Shown piece after piece: positions 23,763 through 34,372 of a stretch of DNA of 42,553 nucleotides. A model generated the notes under the pieces. It worked only from the letters and a program-made list of their open reading frames with translations, was not told the origin of the DNA and did not search any database. Position 1 is the stretch's first letter; each line of letters opens with the position of its first letter. A program made the translations under genes and the position numbers. Origin of the DNA: Basidiobolus ranarum (Eukaryota); assembly GCA_040143965.1 (NCBI GenBank), contig JASJQH010006909.1, positions 1-42,553 on the forward strand, read 5' to 3'.

Positions 23763-25575
23763 TTAACTCCAATCCTACAAAATGGGAAATATGTTAATTG
23801 AATACAATCCACTTCAATCTAAGCAAAAGACTACGTTACCCTGTCAGGCAAGAGAATTGGTCCAAGTAGTGACCAACTGTACAAACCAATACAGAACCAA
23901 CTGGATACTACTTTCACCCAAACTGCAGGCCAACTGGCACCGATTCTGATCATCTCGGAAGTGTCCGAGTAACTATTCCAGTTGGTTAATAACATGGACA
24001 CATACATAGCTCCAATGGCAAAAATGATATGGAAAAATGTATAATTGTACTGGCAACCGTGCTTTTCATCGTCAGTGGCCGTCCCTGGTTCGTCATCATC
24101 ATCATCTTCAGAATGCTCAGCGTCGTTTAGAGCTGAAGCAGGTAATGCTCTAGAAACATGGCCAAAGTAAATATCTCGTGAATTTTAAAGTAAATAAATG
24201 TTCACTTACCCGCTTTCAATGGCTGCCATCAAAGCCTCAGATTTCATCCCTTTGCTCTTTCCAGGCTGGCTATCGATAAGCGGAACTGCAGCGGCAGAAT
24301 TGACTGGGTCATAATCAGTGGAGCTGATCAATGAGCTACTCTGAGTAGCTGCTCTAGAAGTGGAGTATACAATAGCTACAATAGTGAACATAGCACCAAA
24401 GAGAACGGCTGTATGACGTGTACTACGACTACGAATAGGGTTACAATAGTAATCATCACCAACAACAGGCTCATTCATAACGGCACTTAAGATCAACCAA
24501 CTGCAATAGATGGCAACCATAGAGGCTTGCGACAGTCCGGACTTACTATTAGCTTCTTGGATTTGAGGGTGAACGGAGAGGAAAGTGATAAGCACGCAGA
24601 GGACCAAATTAAACGTGATGAAAAATTGATTCAGTCCGCATCCATTTCTACCAAAATATGCGTACATAACTCCGATCAACGCAAGTACAATTATGAACAT
24701 TCCAATGGAAGAGCCGACAACGATATATTTCCACTTGTCATTACTATCATTTTCCCATTTTTCAATGCACGATTCACTCCAACTATGAGCAAAATCTACC
24801 AAAAGTGCAAGCTGTACAAGAATAAAGAAGGATGCTCCAATGATGGCAATGTAATTTCCCCAGAACGCAAAAAATCCATTGGGAATGAAAAATGCAATCA
24901 CAGTAAGGAGAAGCCAAGCAAATACTTTAGGTCCCCACCAGCTATAAGTTATTCATTGAGTGAATCTGAAGGAAATTCGGGTATTAAATCTGAAGTACAT
25001 ACCCGTTTTGAATGGAAGCACGAGGCTCACGACTGTCGTTCACATTCCAAACCAAGGCACTCAAAATAAAATGAAACAAGGCGAGAGCAAAGCAGATTCT
25101 ATGTACCTGATTTGATGATAAAGGGATGAATAAATCCATACTAAAGAACATTTAGCTTGTAATAGAAGTCTACCGCGAAAGCTCCATAACAGCGCCCTTC
25201 TGGGCAGTGAAGAGTTAAATATCCATAAGTTATGTCAGACAGTGTTTTCATTGCCCAGTCAGTTAGCATGAGCCATGATAACTATAAATAAAAAATATGA
25301 GAAAAAATGGCTTGAAACTAGACAAAAGGAATAGATAATAGTAGAATTGGCTACCAACCAAAGAGGAAACTAAGAATATCCCCTAAGAACAAATGCAAAA
25401 CATCCAGTTAGTTCACCAAGAAGTAACTACGTAAGATAACAATTTTATTTACAGCGTATGAAAGCCTAGTAGCAATCGAGCCTTGAATCTTGAATATTTT
25501 AGAGGCACAAGAACAAGCAGTGGAAGTGCAACAAGAGCATATTTGCATTGAGAGGCAACTGACGATGCATCCCAT
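23763..25575 (-). CDS. TMS1: Serine incorporator (SERINC/TMS1/TDE) membrane protein, multi-exon
   Basis: Cys-rich N-terminus MGCIVSC..CSCC, SIATRLSYA, CYGAFAVHRICFA, FILVQLALLVDFAHSW, SGLSQAS, YNYTFFHIIF, MLLTNW, WVKVVSSW; ends LLPDR|DWS* via intron 23775-23839. Confidence 0.93.
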
Positions 25576-26003
25576 TATTGCTATTTACGAGTGAAAGAGT
25601 ATGAAAGGGATATTGTTTAACAAGAAACTAAACCCAAGGTCAGTTGAATATTAAAAGAATGCACACGTCCCGTGATTATCTACCGAATGATCTATCAAGT
25701 TATATGAAATATTCATTGAGGAACTATTCTATTCATGATTATTACCATTTAGAGAAATTAACCAGTCCGTATGTAGAATTAATGATATCATGTAAAAATA
25801 ACTAGGAGAATAGATGTGCCTGCTGGTTCATGCTTGCCACGCTTTTTGTTATCCATAACGTGCTTCATAATAGATAATTGTTTGACACACATACCATGCA
25901 TACACTAATTAAGAAGCAAACATGAGAGAGTAATGACTGTCAACTAGCTGAATTCAAGAATTGTATTTATTTTTGTTCTTCTACGAGTGAAGAAAAGCAC
26001 TAC

Positions 26004-27333
26004 TTAGTTTTTGTACTTGGCTAAGAACTCATCATGGAAACTTCCCGAAGAAGGAACAACTAGGAACGAGGGAATACCATTTTGGACGACATATTTAGAG
26101 TGACCCAAGACACCCATTAAAGCGCACTTCTTACCAACTTTAATGAGAGAGGCTTTGGTTGCATTTTTGGGATGGTATTCGAAGAAAACCTCCACAGAAC
26201 TGGGCTTATATACTCTAGAGGTATCCCAGGGTGCTGGTTGCTCGAACATCACTTCAAGATGGTCCATGAAGGTATTGGTTTCATCGAAAGCAGAAATAAA
26301 GTCGCTCTCTTTATATTCCGGATACAAAAAGAACACCGGCCAAGTGAGTTCTCCGCTCTCCTCATTCAAAGTAACAGAGTGAGGGGAGTCATTTTGCCAG
26401 TCATATTCAAGCTTGAGGTTTGATTCAAGTTGAATATTTCTTAGCTAAGAATGAATGATGTATAAAGTTTAAAAAAAGAAACAAAGAAATACAGTGTATG
26501 ATGTTTTGAAGTCACCTTTATAGCCTGATCGATTTTATCTTTCCTCTCTCTTTCTAATCTTTCACGCTCTTGTCTTCTCAATTCTTTCTTTTCCTTTTCT
26601 TCTTTCTGTTTTATACAGAGTTGCTTCTCTTGGGCAACAGACTTGTTATTGGGTTCAAACTATAGCATCCGATATCATATTAGAAATCACTCTATAGCCA
26701 AAGTTAGCCATTAAAACAACTACTAACCTTAAGAGCCCAATCGCAACAATCTATAGCTTCTAAATATTTCTCGAGAGCACGCAAAGCCCTAGCTGAGCGA
26801 TAAAGAGCCTTTACATTTTTAGGGTTAATACCGAGTGCGGCAGCGCAATCATTTAAAACACGTCCATAATTTTCTGTTCAAGCTAATATCTCAGTATATA
26901 TAGGCTATAACGATAATCCGATAAAAGCTTACCAAGCTCTAAATTTACAGCAGCACGATTAGTGTAACAAATGGCCATAAGATTTTTATCCCCGCATTCA
27001 GTCTCTAAAGCCTGAGTATAAAATTTAATGGCATCTTGGTACTTGTGTTTTCCCTCTTTGAAACAGTCGTTTCCTTGATTTTTAAAGTTTTCGGCAACCT
27101 CTATATGTATTTAACTAAGTTGAGTTCAATGCGACTTGGTAAAATGGCTGATTGAGTATACCTTCAGCGGTTCCATCATAAGCGAGTGATTGTAAAGCTA
27201 ACAGAGTAGCATTCTCTTCCGAATCTTCAGGTAAATTATTCATAAATAAGGGGATTTTGTTCATTTCCTCGAGGATATGCTCCTCGGACATGGCCCATTC
27301 AGGGCGTTGCTGATCTGGTCCTGGAACGGACAT
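26004..27333 (-). CDS. CNS1: TPR Hsp70/Hsp90 co-chaperone Cns1/TTC4, multi-exon
   Basis: PLFM, LALQSLAYDG, AENFKNQGNDCF, NRAAVNLELENY, NPKNVKALYRSA and the C-terminal wheel domain LTWPVFFLYPEYKESDFI. Confidence 0.93.
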
Positions 27334-27614
27334 TATAATATACCAATTGGAAACTGCTCAAGGCGATAGCTTGACAACACTAGCAAGAATGACATTCTAC
27401 ATGAATTTTTTTTAATTTTTTTCTCATCTAAATCCACATGGGCTAAATCACACTTGATTGATTAGTGCTAACTAAATCACGAATTTAATCTAGTTGAAAT
27501 TCCACTCAACTAAGCTCCGACAGTAAACTTTTGAAGGGATATCTAGGCGTCATTCAGGTAGGTCACGTAAATGAAAGACTAACAAGTTCGTGGCTCGGAA
27601 AAAATGGACAAACG

Positions 27615-27668
27615 CGGTTACGGTTGCGGTTGCGGTTACGGTTACAGCTACAGTTACGGTCACGGCTG
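27615..27668. repeat. Degenerate (CGGTTR)x9 hexamer repeat
   Basis: cggtta cggttg cggttg cggtta cggtta cagcta cagtta cggtca cggctg. Confidence 0.85.
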
Positions 27669-27990
27669 AAGTTCAGTTGCGGATGTGAGGCAACGAATGC
27701 AGTGCTAGATTTTGGTAAAGCTTGTTTACAGCACATTCTTTGTGATTGATATTGTATATATATGGTAGCTGTCTCGGTGTTTTGTAGATCGTATCCTCCG
27801 TTTGAGAATAGATTCCGCCATTGAGGCAACTCTAAATACCTATTCCAGAACAATTCTTATCAAGTGAATCGAGATAGCGACATTTTCAATCAATCAAGGT
27901 CTGGTCGAAGCTATATTTATGTGATATTCAATTATTGGCTTTAGGTCACGTCTCTTGGTACTACGCCCATATCCAGACACAACAATGGGT

Positions 27991-28048
27991 TGACTTCTAT
28001 TAGACCTAATCTATGGCCTGACTCTGCTATTAGACCTAATCTATGGCC
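27991..28048. repeat. Tandem duplication of a 28-30 bp unit
   Basis: TGACTTCTATTAGACCTAATCTATGGCC followed by TGACTCTGCTATTAGACCTAATCTATGGCC. Confidence 0.85.
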
Positions 28049-28629
28049 CATTATGGTTGCTATCCGTACTTGTTCTAGTGGATATCGTAGTTATTCTAGT
28101 TGCTATACCATATTTGCTTACTCTGGCTGCTTATAATTGCAGTATTTGCTGGTCAGGGGGTTTATATTAATCGAAATGGCGAAATGGTCTACAAGCTCTA
28201 TGACCAAATGATTCTAGATATATCAACCCCGGTTCTTCCAAATGCGTATTTGTGGTTAGCACGCTGAGAGTTCACCGCCAATTGCGATAAACAATGCTGA
28301 TCAATATGCATGTGCCAGGGATGAATGATGGACTAAGAGATGTAGGTTTTAGAACTGCAGATAACACTGGCCACACACTCACACACAATCATACGTACTC
28401 GAACACAGAAATCATCGAATTCTGAGCTCTCCTAATACATGCAAGTCCGATGAGATCAACAAATTTGGTGTGCTGACGAAGTTTTTCTCAAGTTACACCT
28501 GATACCGGTTTTGGAACAGCATAAATTACCTCAGCTGGTAAATCGTACTCGCACCTTTTCTTTTTCTTGCTTCCTTAACTCATTTGGTGTGATATCTCTG
28601 ACTAATCATCCATTGACTTGAACTAAAAG

Positions 28630-31600
28630 ATGTCAAACGAAGCTGGTTACGAGTCGAACCAGCCGGTACAAAGTATCCCTAGTGTTGCTACTACAGACCC
28701 AGTAGAGAGAGATCTCCCTAACTTACCAACTAACGAGCCTAATCAGCCTAATGGAGAGCCAGAAATCTCCACTGAACAACGCGTAGCTGATGCTCACATA
28801 GAAGCAGACAAGGTCATGTCTGATTCGAAAGCACCAGTCCACTCTTTTAATCCCAATGATACTCCCGAAGAAAAAGCAAAGAAGGCAAGAGAAGCTCCTG
28901 GCGTAGCAGATGTAACCGCAAATAACCCACTCTTAGATGGCCCACAAGCCAAGACCATTATTAGCGATGCTACCCTACCTTCAGGTAACGGAAAGACTTC
29001 AGAAAGTGAAGGAGCAGTCAAAGCTGCTGAAAAGTCCAAACCAGCCAAAGAAACCGCTGCTGAAGTTAAAGCAAAGCCTAAGAAAGATCTTCCACCACCT
29101 ATCCTTGGCTGGCGTGAGTCTAATGATGATTTCATGAAGAAGTATGCTGGTCAAGAGTGGCAGAATTATATTGCTATCACTGTGTTAATATTGGGTGGCT
29201 TTCTCGTGTCTCGTTTGTATTTCGGATTCGGGTGGTGCTTGATTGTTATCGCCTTCGGTACACAATACTACGCGAATTCGGTGCAACGTCACCGCCGGAA
29301 CGTTCGTGATGATATCACCCGCCAATTAGCTGTTAACAGGCTATTCAATGACTCAGAATCTACTGAATGGCTCAACAGCTTTGTCAGTAAATTTTGGCTT
29401 ATTTACGAACCAGTCCTTTCAGCCATGGTGGTTGAGATTGGCGATGGAGTGTTGGCAGAAAACACTCCAGGATTCCTCGATTCCCTTCGTCTTTCTCACT
29501 TCACCCTGGGAACTAAGGCTCCAAGAGTAGATTCCGTTAAAACCATAAACAACAATAATGGTGAGAAAATCGAAATGGAATGGGAATTTTCCTTCACTCC
29601 CAATGACACTATGGACATGACCAAGCGTGAGTTGGAGACCAAAACCAATCCCAAGATTTGCCTAGAGATTCGTGTCGGTAAAGGTATTGTTGGAGCTGGT
29701 ATGCCCATCTTGGTTGAGGATTTCGCCTTCAAAGGAAGAATGCGGATCGGTATTTATCTTATGAGCACCTTCCCTCACGTCAAAACTGTCGACGTTAGCT
29801 TCATGGAGCCACCAGTCATTGACTATGTTCTGAAGCCACTCGGTGGTGAGACCTTTGGATTTGATATTGCTCACATTCCAGGATTACAAACATTTATCAG
29901 AGATCAAACCAATGCTGTATTAGGCCCCATGATGTATGCTCCTAACGTGTTCACCCTCGATGTGGAGCAAATTATGAGTGGTGTTGACATGGAGGCTGCT
30001 GTTGGTGTCCTAAAGATTACCATCCGTAGTGCCAGAAACCTAAAGAATGTGGAGTTGATTGGTATGTCGGATCCTTATGTTATCCTTCAATGTAACAATC
30101 GCGCCGAGCTTGCCCGTACCTCCGTCAAATATAACACACTCAACCCTGTTTGGGATGAAACTTACTATGTACTCCTTCACAATATCAGTGATAACCTATC
30201 CTTAGAAATCTTTGACAAAGAAGATGTCCAAAAAGATCGAAGCTTGGGTACTGCCACATTCGACTTGTCTACCCTGAACGACACTCCAGAACAAACCGAT
30301 ATTCTTGGAAAAGTTATCCGTGAGGGAGGTAAAGAATCTGGAGAATTGTTGTACGATCTGGCCTACTATCCAGTAATTCCCCCAGTTAAGAATGAAGATG
30401 GAACTGAATCACCAGTCGAATCCAACAGCGGTATTCTCAAGGTGTTCATTCATCAAGCCAAGGATCTCAGCTCCACCTGTGATGCCTATGGTACGGTCAA
30501 ATTAAATGGCAATGCTATTCTTAAGACTCAGGTTATCAAGAAGAAAAACAACCCACTCTGGGAGAAGAATGTGGAGATGTTCATCAGCGACAAGAAGAAC
30601 GCCATATTTGAAGTCGATGTAATGGATGAGCGTGGCTTTGTGGCTGACCCAGTGATTGGAAAATTCACCACTACCTTGGATGAGGCACTAAACCGTGATG
30701 GCCAAAATCCTTGGTACAGTCTTGACGGCTCTGCTGGTAAGGTTAGAATGACCTTTGTATGGAGACCTGTAGTTATCAAGGGTGGGGTTTTATCTGCCGG
30801 ACGCCTTGCTCCTCCTATTGGAGTTGTACGCCTTGACTTGATATCAGGACTTAAATTGAAGAACACCGACCTTCTTGGAAAAGCCGATCCATACATCATT
30901 GTCTCTGTAGCTAACAAACAAAAGGCACGAACTGAGTACATCGAGGACAGCGTAGATCCTACTTGGAACGAGACTCATTTCATTGGAGTACGCAATCCTC
31001 GTGAGATCTTCGTCATTGAAGTTTACGATTGGGATAAATTTGGTAAAGACTCATTGATTGGAAGTACATCTCTTAACATTTCTGAACTTCTGGGTCCCCA
31101 GATTGCTGAAGGTCAATTCGGTGAAGGTCCAGTAAAGCAGTACCAGCAACCAATTAAGTTTGAAAGCAAAGAACGTGGTACCGTTTGCTTCAATGCTCAT
31201 TTCTACCCAACAAACCCAATCACTACTCCACAAGAAGAGCATGCCGAAGGTGTAAAAGAAATTACCGAGTTGGAAGCGGCCGAAGGCTCAGTCGTTGAGA
31301 AACCGGAAGAGAAACCAGCCGAGCCAATCGATTATACTCAATTTAGTACTGGATTGTTATCTGTCCTTATTGGTAGCACTAAGGAAACCAAAAAACAGTT
31401 AGACAGTTGCTTTGCTGAAGTGCTAATCAACAACAATGAGTATAACATTGTTCACCGTACCGAAGTCAAGAAGAAGGTCACTGATCCTATCTTCAACGAA
31501 GAATGCGAAGCGTTTGTTCAAGAAGCGTTATTTACCAAGATATCTGTTTTGATTCGTCAACATAACGATAGCCGCACAGAGATTGCAAGAGTTACTCTTC

Positions 31601-33051
31601 CTGTCACGGAAATCTTGGACATCTTAACTAAAACTAATTCCAATGACTCTTCTTGGTATGAATTCGAAAACCATCCTGGAAAAATCCAACTGGCCTTCAA
31701 GTTCACACCAGTCAATGTTGATATCGACGAGGCGTTGAGTGTAACCAACAAGGGAGTTGTCGCCGTAAAGATCATTAAAGCCAATAATCTTAAAGCTGCG
31801 GACTCTTCCGGTTTAAGTGATCCATTTGTACGAGTAAAATTGAACGATGAAAAGGTTTTCAAGACGAAAACCATTAAAAAGAGTCTAAACCCGGAGTTTG
31901 ATGAAGAATTCAGTGCATCTTTGATGTCTCGTAATCAGGATGTATTCTTGTTCGAAATCTTTGATTGGAATCAATTCCAATCTCAAGAATTATTAGGCCG
32001 TGTGCAAGTAAATGCTAAAGACCTCGAACCATCAGTTGCCTACGTTAATGAATTTCCTCTTACCTCTGGTGAAGGCACTTTAACCCTTAGCTTCCTGTTC
32101 ACTCCCGAGCATGTTGGTAAGTTGATGTCTGACCGCAAAGGAACCATTGGTGGAACAATTGGTGGTGCAGCACTTGGCGGTGCAGCAACAGTGGTTGGGG
32201 GAACACTAGGAGCTGGTAAAACAGTTGTTGGTGGTACCTTAGGAGCAGGAAAGTTCGTAGTAGGTGGTACTTTGGGAGCTGGCAAATCTGTAGTAGGTGG
32301 CGCCAAGGGACTATTCGGTCTTGGTAAAAAGAAATCTGTCGATGGTACTGAGGCATCACCCAACCTTACCGAAAATACAGTCACCCCTGTCCCTATCGAC
32401 GCACCCGCTCCTGTTCCCGCTCCAGTGGTAGCCAGTGTCCCAATGGAAGCTGCTGCTGCTGGACCCGCCGCCATGAGTGATACTATTGATTCTAATGCCG
32501 AGGCAGAGAGTGATATTACTGGTGATAGTGGACCAGAAACCTTTGGAACTGAAGCTACCGGTCAGCCCGGAACCATCACTATCTTCGTACTAGAAGGTAG
32601 TAATTTACCCGCAGCAGACAGCAATGGTATGAGTGATCCTTACATTAAAATCCGATGGGGCAGAAAAGTAGTGCATAAAACCAAAATCATCAAGAAGACA
32701 CTGGCACCCATCTGGAATGAGAGCTTTACCATCCCAACCAATGGATCCCGTGTAAGACTACATTTCTCAGTTAAAGATCACAACCTTTTGCAAGACACTA
32801 CCCTAGGTGAATATGAATTAGATGTTTGGGATAGAATTCACCCCGCCAGCAATGTCATGTCAGATGAGTTCCTAGCACCTCTAGCCAATGCTGAGAAGGG
32901 ACAGATCAAGCTACGTATTGAATTCACCCCAGATGGAGGTAGCAACCCAGTTGGCCAAGGCGATAACTCTGCTCCTAGTAGTGAATATGGCGACGTGAGC
33001 TCCAAGAAATTTGGCTTTAGCTCATTTAGGAAGAAAAATTTTAGCGGATAG
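28630..33051 (+). CDS. Tricalbin / extended synaptotagmin (TM hairpin, SMP domain, about six C2 domains), 1473 aa, intronless
   Basis: ESTEWLNSFVSKFWLIYEPVLS, FTLGTKAPR (SMP); repeated SDPY/SDPF...NPxW C2 motifs; basic C-terminus. Confidence 0.96.
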   Translation: MSNEAGYESNQPVQSIPSVATTDPVERDLPNLPTNEPNQPNGEPEISTEQRVADAHIEADKVMSDSKAPVHSFNPNDTPEEKAKKAREAPGVADVTANNPLLDGPQAKTIISDATLPSGNGKTSESEGAVKAAEKSKPAKETAAEVKAKPKKDLPPPILGWRESNDDFMKKYAGQEWQNYIAITVLILGGFLVSRLYFGFGWCLIVIAFGTQYYANSVQRHRRNVRDDITRQLAVNRLFNDSESTEWLNSFVSKFWLIYEPVLSAMVVEIGDGVLAENTPGFLDSLRLSHFTLGTKAPRVDSVKTINNNNGEKIEMEWEFSFTPNDTMDMTKRELETKTNPKICLEIRVGKGIVGAGMPILVEDFAFKGRMRIGIYLMSTFPHVKTVDVSFMEPPVIDYVLKPLGGETFGFDIAHIPGLQTFIRDQTNAVLGPMMYAPNVFTLDVEQIMSGVDMEAAVGVLKITIRSARNLKNVELIGMSDPYVILQCNNRAELARTSVKYNTLNPVWDETYYVLLHNISDNLSLEIFDKEDVQKDRSLGTATFDLSTLNDTPEQTDILGKVIREGGKESGELLYDLAYYPVIPPVKNEDGTESPVESNSGILKVFIHQAKDLSSTCDAYGTVKLNGNAILKTQVIKKKNNPLWEKNVEMFISDKKNAIFEVDVMDERGFVADPVIGKFTTTLDEALNRDGQNPWYSLDGSAGKVRMTFVWRPVVIKGGVLSAGRLAPPIGVVRLDLISGLKLKNTDLLGKADPYIIVSVANKQKARTEYIEDSVDPTWNETHFIGVRNPREIFVIEVYDWDKFGKDSLIGSTSLNISELLGPQIAEGQFGEGPVKQYQQPIKFESKERGTVCFNAHFYPTNPITTPQEEHAEGVKEITELEAAEGSVVEKPEEKPAEPIDYTQFSTGLLSVLIGSTKETKKQLDSCFAEVLINNNEYNIVHRTEVKKKVTDPIFNEECEAFVQEALFTKISVLIRQHNDSRTEIARVTLPVTEILDILTKTNSNDSSWYEFENHPGKIQLAFKFTPVNVDIDEALSVTNKGVVAVKIIKANNLKAADSSGLSDPFVRVKLNDEKVFKTKTIKKSLNPEFDEEFSASLMSRNQDVFLFEIFDWNQFQSQELLGRVQVNAKDLEPSVAYVNEFPLTSGEGTLTLSFLFTPEHVGKLMSDRKGTIGGTIGGAALGGAATVVGGTLGAGKTVVGGTLGAGKFVVGGTLGAGKSVVGGAKGLFGLGKKKSVDGTEASPNLTENTVTPVPIDAPAPVPAPVVASVPMEAAAAGPAAMSDTIDSNAEAESDITGDSGPETFGTEATGQPGTITIFVLEGSNLPAADSNGMSDPYIKIRWGRKVVHKTKIIKKTLAPIWNESFTIPTNGSRVRLHFSVKDHNLLQDTTLGEYELDVWDRIHPASNVMSDEFLAPLANAEKGQIKLRIEFTPDGGSNPVGQGDNSAPSSEYGDVSSKKFGFSSFRKKNFSG

Positions 33052-33390
33052 ATTAAGTAGTATAGTTTGATCTGTTGAAATAATTTATATATATTTATCA
33101 AGGTTTTGTAGTTTTTAGTTATAAAGTTAGCACAGATCATTTATTTATGAAACACCAATAAAGCTGTAATCCTAAAGCCCTAGTCTTTTCTAAACACTTT
33201 TGAATGCACATCGATCATCCAGTGAATCAATAAAAATTTCAGACAAATCAATGCCATAGTAATCTTGGGGGTAGTGACAGGACAGGTATTAATATTCAAG
33301 GGAAAAAATTTCTATTTTCCATTTGACTCAGTTAACGAACAAAGTTTGTTTGCTTTCCCTGTACAAGCTACCCCTTTTGCTTCCATTATC

Positions 33391-34082
33391 ATGTCAAACT
33401 TTTTATTGAATACTGTTCGTAGCTCTATTAGCACTGTGTCTAATATTTCGAGAGGCTTGAACCCTGGCTTCGGTGGTATCATTGGTAATATACTCGTTTA
33501 CTAGTTTCCAAGGCGACTTTTAGGTGTAACCTGTTGAAAATTTAGGTGGTATTCAAGTCAGATGGGCTACCAAGAGATCCGGAGGTTCTTCTAGAAACGG
33601 TCGTGATTCCGCTGGTAGAAGATTAGGTGTTAAGAAATATGGTGGTTAGTAAATTTAACCTATTTAGTTTCTATGTATTCAAATGACCAACGAATATTGT
33701 TAACTCTTTAGGAGAATTTGTTATTCCTGGTAACATTCTTGTAAGACAACGCGGTACCAAATTTCACCCTGGTTTAAATGTATTTATCTCTATTTCTTTT
33801 CGTTCACCACCCACTATTTTTTCTAACCTTAGTTTGATATAGGTTGGTATTGGTAAAGATCATACTCTTTTTGCCTTGAAACCTGGATATGTTCAATTTT
33901 ATGTGGATGAAAAGAGAGCTGATCGTAAATATATGGGTATCACCTTTGATCGTAATGATAAACTTCCTTATCATAAAGACGAACCAAGCAAAAGATTGTT
34001 TGATTTGGTGGATTTGACTAGCATTAAAAAGGCTAAACTTGAAAGTCAACGCGAAGTTCGTGATTCTGGAGTCACTTTGTAA
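33391..34082 (+). CDS. MRP7: Mitochondrial ribosomal protein bL27m; exons 33391-33484, 33546-33644, 33712-33779, 33843-34082
   Basis: Presequence, then [66 protein letters not shown]. Confidence 0.95.
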
Positions 34083-34372
34083 AGACCAGTAACAAACACC
34101 TACATTCCATTAAAATCATTTGCTAGCATTCTTTACATAAAATTGGATCGATTAGAAGTGATGTACCCTTATTATGTATCCTCATCCTCACCCTTAAACT
34201 AGCGTTGTGTTAAATCAAGCTATAAATTTCAAAAAGATGATTTATTAATTTTCTAATAGTACAACCATGAGTAGGTGAGAAAGCGGATGAGAAAACGGGG
34301 GAGAAAATGTACAAGTCAGTAGGGCTCAAAATGCTAGATGTACAATTAGATTGAAGTTGTATAAACTAGTGC

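Noticed and set aside
27531-27853. ORFs with RLRLRL / RNRNRN repeats
   Set aside because: They are translations of the CGGTTR microsatellite with no other coding features.
27991-28048. Repeat pairs (also 40543-40599) as CRISPR-like arrays
   Set aside because: Only two adjacent copies, no spacers, no cas genes, and the context is eukaryotic.
28250-28325. GCTGAGA...CACCG...CTGATC...TGCCAG resembling a TPP riboswitch
   Set aside because: The P4/P5 stems cannot be paired, spacing is off, and the neighbouring genes are unrelated to thiamine.
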